Shown here: one piece after another, positions 1-8,870 of the stretch
How positions within the stretch are numbered: position 1 is the first letter of the stretch
Layout: each line of letters starts with the position of its first letter
DNA from: a virus
Lineage: Duplodnaviria; Heunggongvirae; Uroviricota; Caudoviricetes
IMG/VR virus record: IMGVR_UViG_2713896798_000006
Reading direction: 5' to 3' (one strand)
Length of the DNA: 25,620 nt
Position numbers and translations under genes: made by a program
The notes under the pieces: generated by a model
What the model was told of the DNA's origin: nothing
The model's input: the letters and a program-made list of their open reading frames with translations, nothing else
Database searches by the model: none

Positions 1-468
1 ATGCCAGATCAAAAAGAAAGTGAGAACACCAAACTCACTTGTGAAGAACAAAAGGATAATGAACTGGTTTCTCGAGTAATCGAAAATCCAGAGGTCTTAA
101 ACAGGGTTTTGGATAGTCCGCAGGTGCGGGCTATTGTTTGCCAGCATTTTCAGGGGCCTGTTCCGCCACCTTCAATGCTTAAAAAGTATGATCAACTGGT
201 GCCTGGGCTTGCAAATCGACTTGTTGAGTTGACCGAAAAAGAGCAGGCTCATCGCCATAAAACAGTGGCTGATAGCATTGATATTGCCAGAGATGGTCAA
301 ACAAAGGCTTTTTGGTTGGCAATATTGATCATCTTAGCTGCCACTGTCTTTGGCGTCATGGGGGAGACAGTTCTTGCCGGAACTCTCGTTTCAATAGATC
401 TTGTTGCATTGGTTACGGCATTTATTGTTGGAAAACATTATTCTAAGCAGGAACCTGATCAAGATTAG
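1..468 (+). CDS. Hypothetical protein with hydrophobic C-terminal segments (likely membrane anchored); ORF starts at the window edge so the N-terminus may be incomplete
   Basis: 155-aa ORF in the track; C-terminal stretch AFWLAILIILAATVFGVMGETVLAGTLVSIDLVALVTAFIVG is strongly hydrophobic; followed by a hairpin plus T-run. No family recognised. Confidence 0.4.
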   Translation: MPDQKESENTKLTCEEQKDNELVSRVIENPEVLNRVLDSPQVRAIVCQHFQGPVPPPSMLKKYDQLVPGLANRLVELTEKEQAHRHKTVADSIDIARDGQTKAFWLAILIILAATVFGVMGETVLAGTLVSIDLVALVTAFIVGKHYSKQEPDQD

Positions 469-474
469 TCTCCG

Positions 475-500
475 AACCCCGGTTGATGCCGGGGTTTTTA
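475..500 (+). terminator. Rho-independent terminator after ORF 1..468
   Basis: 8-bp stem aaccccgg/ccggggtt with 6-nt loop followed by ttttta. Confidence 0.55.
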
Positions 501-544
501 CACTAGCAAAGCAATATCAACATTTTTCAGCTGCATTTATTTCG

Positions 545-1663
545 TCAAACAACCAATTTAACCCATTCCTGACCACGAGTATCGTTATAACGATCGGTGG
601 TTGCTTGGACTTTATGTCCCAGTAATGTTTTTGTATCAATACCCTGCGCGCGGTACAGTCGTTCTGACAGGGAGCGTTGTTCATGAAATGTTGGCGGAGT
701 TTTTCCTGCTGGTGGAGTTATCCCAGCCAGATCCCGTGCTTTGGCAAAGTAGTCGCTCAGGTTGTCTTTACTCATCGGCTTTGGTTGTTTCTGGTGCCGA
801 CTATGGATTAGATATGGACTTAATATTCTGTCTCGGCACCCATCAATAACTTCTTTTAACGTTATCCCAATGGCATCACAGCGTAGTGTAAGCGGTAACG
901 CCAGACGCATTCTGGTTTTTCCCTGGGTGATATGCAAGTGTTCGTTCCACACATCTGAAAAACGCATGTGGCAAATGTCATCACGGCGCTGACCAGTAAC
1001 AATCGCAAGAAGCATTGCGTTACGGATAAAGTGTTTTTCAGGCGTTGCGTTGTAAATTTTTTGCCAGTCTTCCAGGGTGAGTCTGGATCTGGTCACTTTA
1101 GGGATCGGTTTACGGGTAGCCTCCGGAGGATTCCATCCAGGAGGAACTTCCCCTGCATGCTGTGCTTCTTTATAAATATCAACCCATAATCCGCGATTTA
1201 CTCTTGCTGTGCTGACCATGTCTTTATCCATCCACTCGTCCAGTATTAATGCAAAGTCTCTTACCTCCAGTTCTTTCAATGGGTGGTTTCCCAGGCGGGA
1301 AACCAGGTATGCAGCCATTCGCACTTTTTCTTTGTGGGTTGTAGCTGCAATATCTCCATTTTTCAGTCGCGTGTCCTGTATTTTCAGATATCGATCAACC
1401 CATGCCTTTAATCTGATACCCCGACGTTTTGTTGCTGATGGACTTTCATCAATTTTGCGCATGAAATATTCAGCTTCTGCTGCAGCTATCCGCTGATTGG
1501 CTGTGGAAGCGATTTTTTCTGCCTTACCTTTGTCTGTTCCGAGTCCGTGAAATTTTCCAGTCACAGGATTTTTATACTGGTAGTAAACTCTGCCAGTTCT
1601 GCGATCAAACTTTTCGTAAAGACCGGCTACGTCAGTGCTGTTTTTTCGTGGCCTCGGTGACAT
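545..1663 (-). CDS. int: Tyrosine site-specific integrase, lambda Int family
   Basis: 372 aa; overall pattern and C-terminus (HEQRSLSERLY...LLGHK...RYNDTRGQEW) parallel lambda Int (HELRSLSARLY...LLGHK...YRDDRGREW); start overlaps the upstream xis-like ORF as in lambda. Confidence 0.9.
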   Translation of the reverse strand: MSPRPRKNSTDVAGLYEKFDRRTGRVYYQYKNPVTGKFHGLGTDKGKAEKIASTANQRIAAAEAEYFMRKIDESPSATKRRGIRLKAWVDRYLKIQDTRLKNGDIAATTHKEKVRMAAYLVSRLGNHPLKELEVRDFALILDEWMDKDMVSTARVNRGLWVDIYKEAQHAGEVPPGWNPPEATRKPIPKVTRSRLTLEDWQKIYNATPEKHFIRNAMLLAIVTGQRRDDICHMRFSDVWNEHLHITQGKTRMRLALPLTLRCDAIGITLKEVIDGCRDRILSPYLIHSRHQKQPKPMSKDNLSDYFAKARDLAGITPPAGKTPPTFHEQRSLSERLYRAQGIDTKTLLGHKVQATTDRYNDTRGQEWVKLVV

Positions 1664-1910
1664 GAGTTAAAATCTCCTTCAGTGCATCATCATCGCCAGT
1701 ATGAATTTCCGGCGCAATTCCCGTTTCACCAGGCCCAACAAATACTGCTCGGCGATCTATCAGCCAACGCCCACGAATTTTTTGTGGTCTTGGAACGATG
1801 TATCCTAGTTTTCCGTATTTCACCAGGGTAGTGTTTGTTATTGGGAGACTGAACCGTTTTGGTTTCCACTCGTCGAGCGTTATCAGGTACTGTTCGCTCA
1901 TGGCTATCAC
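1632..1910 (-). CDS. xis: Excisionase (Xis-like)
   Basis: Small ORF directly upstream of and overlapping int; YLITLDEW...RP...PPP-like N-terminal resemblance to lambda Xis (YLTLQEW). Start may be the second Met (MSEQY). Confidence 0.65.
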   Translation of the reverse strand: MIAMSEQYLITLDEWKPKRFSLPITNTTLVKYGKLGYIVPRPQKIRGRWLIDRRAVFVGPGETGIAPEIHTGDDDALKEILTHVTEATKKQH

Positions 1911-1962
1911 TCCGGAACGCGCCAGTTGCAGAATATCAACGACAACTGGCGACGGTTGAACA

Positions 1963-4434
1963 TTAAAAATCAGCCTGACTCGGGATCAGTTTTTGCCAGA
2001 TAACTGAAACGTATTTTGCCTGGTAACGGGCGTCATCAAGTGCATTATGGCGCTCACCTTCGAATGGAATAGCCGTTCTGGCATCGAAGTCTATGGCTTT
2101 CCCCAGCTCAACGATTGTGCGTACATCGCGATCGTTGTAGTAACGCCACGGGCAGGGGATCCCCTGCCGTTCGTATGAACGGCGCAAAATCGTGTTGTCG
2201 AAGTTGGCTCCATTTCCCCAGACCTGAACAAAAAATTCACCGGAGTTTTCGTCGATAAATTCCCGCAATTGTAACAGTGCATCATCTAACGGGATTTCAT
2301 CGGTCATAATGGCAGATTGCGCTTCGCGTGATTGCTTAAGCCACCATTTAATGGTGTCCCGATCAATGACTCCGCCAGCAGTTTCCAGATCGATAGTCTT
2401 ACTAAATTCCGGTCCCATATCTCCGGTTTGCGGATCGAAAAATATTGCACCTATTGAGATGATCGGGGCATCAGGATTTTTTCCCATGGTTTCAAGGTCG
2501 ATCATTAGATGGTCACACGTCCTGCTGGTGGATGTGATTTCTTGATGACCGTTCACCTTAATTGAGTGATCTGCCGTCTCGCCAGTTTCATTATCGCTAT
2601 CGTGATGCTGATTGCCGCCAGTGTTCTCCTTGTGTGGATGTTCAGCGCCTTCCATTTTCTCCGGATCATCTTCCTGAACTTCAACCTGATACTCTTCATC
2701 GAATGTTTCCTGGTATGTTGCGTCGCCCATCACTGCGCCACAATCAGGGCAGTTGCCGCCGCCGGTCTGACCGCAGGCGGTGCAGACTTTTTCCACTTCC
2801 TGTTGCGCCACTGGTTCAGGCTGTTTCGTTTCTGGCTCGTTTTGTAACGCATTTGGGCTGTTTTGTTCCGCTTTTTGGTAGTTCCGTTCCGATTCATGCT
2901 GGTTCTGGTTTACAGAATCGCGGGTCTGGATCCCCTTAACCCATTTCGGATCATTCGGGTCGCTAATCCCTGCAACAAATTCTCCGCGAGAGGCAGCAAG
3001 CAACTTATCGGCGTCAGGCTGGCTGATATTGGCTGCCTGCATAATTTTGTTTACTTCGTCAGCGGTAACTTTTACCGGCTCTGGTTGTGCGGTCGTGTCA
3101 GATGCACCAGTATTTTGTTGTGAACCTGAGTATGTACTGTTTTTGCGGGCGAAATATTCTTCTTTCGTGATTTCAGTAGCCCCGGCAGCCAGTGCCTTAT
3201 CCAGACCAGAAAGTTTGTTTGCGCGACCGTATTTTTCGCCATCCTTGTCGGTGAAGAGGAAGTAGAACGGCCCCTCACGCTCTACAGATGGTTCGACTTC
3301 CACTTTGCATTCGGTTTTTTCGTTGTCCGGAATTGCCGTTTCCACTGCATCAGTTTCTGGTACTGGCGACGAGAGAGTATCAGTTGCGCTCTGATTTGTT
3401 CCTTCATCTTCAAACACGCCCTTTGTAGTCAGGTATTCAGTAATGTATTTGTTCAGTGCCACAGGGTCTTTGTGAATGTCGATCGGACGTTCACGGACAA
3501 GGCCAAAAATAGTCTGGCGGTCGTAGCGAAGGGCATCAGGCTGTTTGCGCATTGATGCCGAGATACGCTTCCAGTCTTCGCGGTCGTTGTCGATAACTTC
3601 ATTTTTTGCCCAGCGATGGATGCTGCCGTCAATGTTTCCGGCATCCACATCACCAGGCCAGAGAGCGTAGGCCAGTTCGTCATCCAGTGTTTTCCATGTC
3701 TGCTTGTATTCGCGATGAATGGCAGCAATGACCGGGCTGATTTTTCCTGTTGAATTTTCAGTGTGCTGTTGATTGGTTCTGGCGCGGGCGAGATCAACAA
3801 CAGACGTGTATTTTCCGGTTTCCTTGCGTTCACCTTCGCGACGTTTTTTCCAGATGCGCATCTCTGCCTGAATTTCGGGCCATTTGGCACCAGGCTTACA
3901 TTTATGCTTAACCCACCCGATGGCATGCAGCTTAAGCTCCGGATACATGGCGTTAACTTCTGGCATTTTCATCAACGCTTCAACGATATGTCCGTCGAAT
4001 GTTGCCATGTCTTCCTGCAACAATTCCTGTGCGCTAATAACCATATCAACGGTGATGTTTTCACATGTGTCGAACTTAACCATGACAGCGTTCTGTACTT
4101 CAGGGGCCAGCTTGTCAAAAGTGACGTTCATCGGATCTGATTCAGTCTCAACCGGAACAAAGGAAGCAGACTCCTCATCCCAGCGGTTTTCCTGCATATA
4201 TTCAGCATCCCATGAATCGAGGGCAGGGCGGGGTATGCCAGGTTTATCCTCGCAGATAATAAATTTATAAGCGCAGTCCTGAGCAGCCGGATAATGTTCC
4301 AGGAATTGCCAGTGAAATTTTGCTCGAGCACGGCGTTCGTCGCCAGCTTCAATAGCTGTGGCTACAGCGACTGCACCTTCTTCCTTTATTGCCTGTTCGT
4401 CCGGAATGGCGGCGCAAATAAAGACTTTACTCAT
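1963..4434 (-). CDS. Large early-region protein (823 aa) with C-terminal DnaQ-like DEDDh 3'-5' exonuclease domain, central Cys4 zinc ribbon and acidic/Gln-rich linker
   Basis: C-terminal motifs MIDLETMG (Exo I), WGNGANFDNTIL (Exo II), HNALDDARYQ (Exo III, His type); CTACGQTGGGNCPDCG zinc ribbon mid-protein. Sits where Qin carries ydfE; not RecE-like. Confidence 0.7.
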   Translation of the reverse strand: MSKVFICAAIPDEQAIKEEGAVAVATAIEAGDERRARAKFHWQFLEHYPAAQDCAYKFIICEDKPGIPRPALDSWDAEYMQENRWDEESASFVPVETESDPMNVTFDKLAPEVQNAVMVKFDTCENITVDMVISAQELLQEDMATFDGHIVEALMKMPEVNAMYPELKLHAIGWVKHKCKPGAKWPEIQAEMRIWKKRREGERKETGKYTSVVDLARARTNQQHTENSTGKISPVIAAIHREYKQTWKTLDDELAYALWPGDVDAGNIDGSIHRWAKNEVIDNDREDWKRISASMRKQPDALRYDRQTIFGLVRERPIDIHKDPVALNKYITEYLTTKGVFEDEGTNQSATDTLSSPVPETDAVETAIPDNEKTECKVEVEPSVEREGPFYFLFTDKDGEKYGRANKLSGLDKALAAGATEITKEEYFARKNSTYSGSQQNTGASDTTAQPEPVKVTADEVNKIMQAANISQPDADKLLAASRGEFVAGISDPNDPKWVKGIQTRDSVNQNQHESERNYQKAEQNSPNALQNEPETKQPEPVAQQEVEKVCTACGQTGGGNCPDCGAVMGDATYQETFDEEYQVEVQEDDPEKMEGAEHPHKENTGGNQHHDSDNETGETADHSIKVNGHQEITSTSRTCDHLMIDLETMGKNPDAPIISIGAIFFDPQTGDMGPEFSKTIDLETAGGVIDRDTIKWWLKQSREAQSAIMTDEIPLDDALLQLREFIDENSGEFFVQVWGNGANFDNTILRRSYERQGIPCPWRYYNDRDVRTIVELGKAIDFDARTAIPFEGERHNALDDARYQAKYVSVIWQKLIPSQADF

Positions 4435-4526
4435 TTTGTTTTACCTCATTACAGATTTAAGGGTGAACAAATCCCTGCCATTGCTGGCATATAAGAATGA
4501 AATCGGATGTTTATTACGGAACTGTT

Positions 4527-4718
4527 TTAAAGACCTGCCGGGATTTCGTTATTATCCTGGTGAATAACTTTATCGACCGGGTAACAGTTACCGGGAATTT
4601 TCTGTTCGGTTGCTGCAGTTACACACTCCTGCATTGTCCTGTGAACACTGACTGCAATATCAACTGGCTCTCCGGAAACAAGAAAAACTGTCAGAACAAG
4701 TGCAAATGCTGTATTCAT
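4527..4718 (-). CDS. ydfD: YdfD-like small protein (Qin prophage lysis protein family), 63 aa
   Basis: MNTAFALVLTVFLVSGEPVDIAVSVHRTMQEC...NCYPVDKVIHQDN.EIPAGL matches my recollection of K-12 YdfD; start overlaps the dicB stop by 4 nt. Confidence 0.65.
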   Translation of the reverse strand: MNTAFALVLTVFLVSGEPVDIAVSVHRTMQECVTAATEQKIPGNCYPVDKVIHQDNNEIPAGL

Positions 4719-4903
4719 TGCCAGCATCCTTTTTGCATCGGACGTAAACGGGCCAGCATTGAAAGAATGCATATTTTATTTAATAGCTCCCGTTCGTGTT
4801 TTCTCTTGTTAATGGCATCTTCAGTAAATACAGGGTTACTGATAGTGACACCAATTTCAAAACAACCTTCAGACGTATTAACGTTTGGTAATAACGTTTC
4901 CAT
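4715..4903 (-). CDS. dicB: Cell division inhibitor DicB (62 aa)
   Basis: METLLPNVNTSEGCFEIGVTISNPVFTEDAINKRK.ERELLNKICI.SMLARLR is near-identical to K-12 DicB as I recall it. Confidence 0.85.
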   Translation of the reverse strand: METLLPNVNTSEGCFEIGVTISNPVFTEDAINKRKHERELLNKICILSMLARLRPMQKGCWQ

Positions 4904-5078
4904 TATCGCGTCCTCAACAATGAATTTTGTGATGCAGTGCCTGGTGCCTCCAGGTGACGTTAACCAGTTAACAATTAACGCCGGATACAGAGCATTCCCG
5001 TTACGCCCGTAAAAGACCGCTTGTTTTAACTGTTCCGCGTGCGCTTAGCCGCATTCACCGCATCACAAAATTCACTTT

Positions 5079-5136
5079 AAAAAGGGCGGCAGAGCAGCCA
5101 CGGAGTAAAACTGATACCGCCAAACGTCACCAGAAA
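5079..5136 (-). ncRNA. dicF: DicF small RNA (ftsZ-targeting sRNA of the dicB operon)
   Basis: Reverse complement of 5084..5136 reads TTTCTGGTGACGTTTGGCGGTATCAGTTTTACTCCGTGGCTGCTCTGCCGCCC followed by TTTTT, matching the ~53-nt DicF sequence as I recall it; lies about 175 nt upstream of dicB. Confidence 0.8.
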
Positions 5137-5175
5137 ATTGATAACAGAGGGCGTTGCAGCGGGGTTGTCACTTAA

Positions 5176-6371
<1,196 letters not shown>

Positions 6372-6677
6372 TTAAGCGTATGGTCAACCTGACAACCCGG
6401 TGTCCTCAACGGGGGAAGGAATAACCCCGCCATACTTACCGCCGCGCCATTTCGCGGATTGCCACAACCGGAAGCGCACGGTCGACGAAAATTTAACGAC
6501 AGGCTATCTATGAACCAGCTACCTCGCCGTGCGCTTTCGCGTTATGGTCTGACTTTTCAGGGAAATATCCTTTCAGTAAACTGTCAGTGCCGGATGCTCA
6601 CCCGTGTCCGGCGCAAGCACTCCACCTCACCCGTGGAGAACTCCTTAATTACCAACCTTAGCTTCGTTGGTTAGCTA

Positions 6678-6896
6678 TTAACGCGGGTATGTAATCATTC
6701 TGGCAATGGTTAATGCCGCTGCTTTTTCCAGATTGGTGATATCCTGCTCCAGAGAGGACAGATTTTCAGCCTGCTTAGCCCTGACTTCATTAGCCCATTT
6801 CAGATCCTGCGCTGCATTAATTTTCTGGTGCATCCACTCATAAAGTTCATCATTGGTATAGTCTGGCGCGATGATGACGGGTTCTCGTTTCTGCAT
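6678..6896 (-). CDS. Small protein, 72 aa, in the position and size of Qin YdfC
   Basis: ORF follows ydfB-like with a GAGGAA ribosome-binding site; length and operon position match ydfC; sequence identity not verified. Confidence 0.5.
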   Translation of the reverse strand: MQKREPVIIAPDYTNDELYEWMHQKINAAQDLKWANEVRAKQAENLSSLEQDITNLEKAAALTIARMITYPR

Positions 6897-6925
6897 ACTG
6901 ATTCCTCGCGGTGCTGTTTCGCTTA

Positions 6926-7054
6926 TCAGCCATTAGATTTTGCCGAACTGGAAAGCACCTGTTTAAATTCGTTGAAGCTGTGAGCTTCTTCGCCTTCGGC
7001 AAGGCCTTCGAAGTATTCTTCGTAAGCCTTTTCCATGATTGTGTCGAAATCCAT
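6926..7054 (-). CDS. ydfB: YdfB-like small protein (42 aa)
   Basis: Not in the ORF track (under 60 aa); manual translation MDFDTIMEKAYEEYFEGLAEGEEAHSFNEFKQVLSSSAKSNG; start ATG lies 1 nt after the ydfA stop (tight coupling). Confidence 0.55.
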   Translation of the reverse strand: MDFDTIMEKAYEEYFEGLAEGEEAHSFNEFKQVLSSSAKSNG

Positions 7055-7055
7055 A

Positions 7056-7211
7056 TCACCCACCTGAATTTCTTTCCAGCCAGCGACGCGCTCCAGATTC
7101 GGTTTTAAACGTTTTGCTTTTGGTATACGTCATTGCGGTGAACGTACCGTACTGGTTGGGGAACACGCCACATACCAGAGATTCGCTGTTGCCAAGATCG
7201 ATAGTATCCAT
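7056..7211 (-). CDS. ydfA: YdfA-like small protein (51 aa)
   Basis: C-terminal 51 aa of track ORF 7056..7292: MDTIDLGNSESLVCGVFPNQYGTFTAMTYTKSKTFKTESGARRWLERNSGG, matching my recollection of K-12 YdfA. Confidence 0.6.
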   Translation of the reverse strand: MDTIDLGNSESLVCGVFPNQYGTFTAMTYTKSKTFKTESGARRWLERNSGG

Positions 7212-7392
7212 GCTGACCTCATTTCCCCTTAACGCCGGGGTAGCGGAACAAAAACCTGCTGCATAGTTATTAAAGTTGAACCCTGCCGTCATGTTCTTAC
7301 GCCTCGGGCTGGCTACTTAACCCGTGACCACTGCCTGGTAACTCGAGGTATTGCCCTGTATTGTGTGGGACGGGATGGGTTGGTATGGGAAA

Positions 7393-7434
7393 ACTATAGG
7401 AAATGCCTAATTACTTGTCAATAGGCTATGCCTA
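7393..7434 (-). promoter_or_regulatory. Leftward PL-like promoter with overlapping operator palindrome, predicted to drive ydfA-ydfB-ydfC-dicF-dicB-ydfD
   Basis: Minus strand reads TTGACA (plus 7416..7421), 17-bp spacer, TATAGT (plus 7393..7398); operator TAGGCTATGCCTA at 7422..7434 abuts the -35 and a half-site GCCTAAT lies in the spacer. Confidence 0.5.
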
Positions 7435-7529
7435 ATAATTTGGGCGCAACCTAATAGGTGATGGTTTGTGGAAGAGGTAGTAGGAGTTAACTAACGGGAA
7501 CTAGGAATTTCCCGTCGGACCATATAAGT

Positions 7530-8006
7530 TTAAGTTCCTGTCTTGGTGATGTTCTGGCTTTTCCGTTTTGATTCTTGATTTTTCAGATAGTTAGCTACCT
7601 TCATTTCCATTGCGGCAATGTAGGCGCGAACGTCATGATCAACCCAACTAGGCTCCGTAGCATTTCCAGATAAGATGAAAGCCACAATTGCTCTTTTTTC
7701 ATCAGAGGCGGCTTGATAAAGGCTGTTTATGTCTAAAAGTTCACTTTTTGTATCTGAAGTGGATGGGGTTGGTATGGGGTATTCGTTAAGCCCCCAATGC
7801 TCTGGACCAACCACATCAGAAAAGAAACGCCATAGTTCTGGAAGTTTGTCTTTACTTATCGAACCTTTCTTAATCCAGTCATGGATTGATGGTGGTTGGA
7901 CTTTGAAATGACGTGCGATTTCCGCCTTTGATTTGACGGCTCCTGATGCAATTTTTTTGTTAATGGCCTGCTCTATCGCTCGGCCTAAGTCTTTACCACT
8001 AAGCAT
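7530..8006 (-). CDS. Prophage repressor, HTH DNA-binding protein (158 aa; RacR-like by size and context)
   Basis: N-terminal HTH-like segment SKAEIARHFKVQPPSIHDWIKKG; flanked on both sides by operator palindromes; divergent from a Cro-position gene. Confidence 0.65.
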   Translation of the reverse strand: MLSGKDLGRAIEQAINKKIASGAVKSKAEIARHFKVQPPSIHDWIKKGSISKDKLPELWRFFSDVVGPEHWGLNEYPIPTPSTSDTKSELLDINSLYQAASDEKRAIVAFILSGNATEPSWVDHDVRAYIAAMEMKVANYLKNQESKRKSQNITKTGT

Positions 8007-8034
8007 TGCTTAATAGTCTCCTATGCGCATCGCG

Positions 8035-8103
8035 TTAGGCAATCCCTACTCTCGATGTATTAGGCATAGCCTATTGACAATTTCATTAGGCTAAGCCTAA
8101 TAT
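8035..8103 (+). promoter_or_regulatory. Rightward PR-like promoter with operator sites
   Basis: TTGACA (8074..8079), 18-bp spacer, TAATAT (8098..8103); palindromes TAGGCATAGCCTA (8061..8073) and TTAGGCTAAGCCTAA (8087..8101) plus half-site TTAGGC (8035..8040). Confidence 0.55.
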
Positions 8104-8130
8104 TGTTGCGTGTTTTTTGGAGTTCATTCG

Positions 8131-8454
8131 ATGAAAAAAGATAACTATTCATTCAAACGAGCTTGTGCTGTTGTCGGTGGGCAATCAGCAATGGCTAGGC
8201 TTTTAGGTGTATCTCCTCCAAGCGTAAATCAATGGATCAAAGGTGTACGTCAGTTACCTGCTGAGAGATGTCCTGCGATTGAACGAGCAACAAAAGGTGG
8301 TGTTCTGTGTGAAGAACTTCGTCCTGATGTTGATTGGACATACTTACGACGCTCGTCATGTTATTCGCAGAATATGTCGATGAAGCAACCAAATGACGAA
8401 AACGATCATACCCGAAGCATCAAGAGGCAAATGATTCATGAAAATCAAACATGA
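8131..8454 (+). CDS. Cro-position HTH protein, YdaS-like
   Basis: ATG at 8131 preceded by GGAG; sequence MKKDNYSFKRACAVVGGQSAMARLLGVSPPSVNQWIKGVRQLPAERCPAIERATKG resembles Rac YdaS; the track start at 8110 is a GTG. Confidence 0.6.
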   Translation: MKKDNYSFKRACAVVGGQSAMARLLGVSPPSVNQWIKGVRQLPAERCPAIERATKGGVLCEELRPDVDWTYLRRSSCYSQNMSMKQPNDENDHTRSIKRQMIHENQT

Positions 8455-8863
8455 GCACATCCGCATGGCGATGAATGCCTGGGCATACCCTGATGGTGAG
8501 AAAGTTCCTGCAGCTGAAATAGCCCGGACTTATTTCGAACTGGGGATGACGTTCCCTGAACTGTACGACGACAGCCATCCGGAAGCCCTGGCCCGTAATA
8601 CCCAGAAAATTTTCCGTTGGCTGGATAAAGACACCCCTGATGCTGTTGAAAAAATGCAGGCTCTGTTACCGGCGATCGAAAAGGCGATGCCGCCTTTGCT
8701 GGTGGCCCGTATGCGCAGCCACAGTTCTGAATATTACCGTGAGATCGTCGAACGGAGGGATCGGCTGGTGAAGGATGTCGATGATTTTGTTGCGTCAGCG
8801 GTTGTTTTGTATGACCAGATGAATCGCGGCGGCCCGGCAGGGAATGCTGTGGTGATGCACTAA
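8438..8863 (+). CDS. YdaT-like protein (141 aa)
   Basis: Overlaps the end of the YdaS-like gene; size and context match Rac YdaT (140 aa). Confidence 0.55.
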   Translation: MKIKHEHIRMAMNAWAYPDGEKVPAAEIARTYFELGMTFPELYDDSHPEALARNTQKIFRWLDKDTPDAVEKMQALLPAIEKAMPPLLVARMRSHSSEYYREIVERRDRLVKDVDDFVASAVVLYDQMNRGGPAGNAVVMH

Positions 8864-8870
8864 AAGCACG

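Noticed and set aside
2309-4352. Multiple plus-strand and out-of-frame ORFs (for example 2562..2939, 3029..3265, 3763..4140, 3884..4270, 3453..3926) inside the 823-aa gene
   Set aside because: They lie antisense to or out of frame with a long ORF carrying clear exonuclease motifs; no ribosome-binding sites or recognisable domains; typical shadow ORFs.
1963-4434. Calling the 823-aa protein RecE (exonuclease VIII)
   Set aside because: RecE has a PD-(D/E)xK lambda-exo-like C-terminal nuclease; this protein has DnaQ-like DEDDh motifs instead, so the RecE label is not supported by what I can read.
4497-5012. 171-aa plus-strand ORF
   Set aside because: Antisense to the well-supported dicB and ydfD genes; Cys-rich low-complexity translation.
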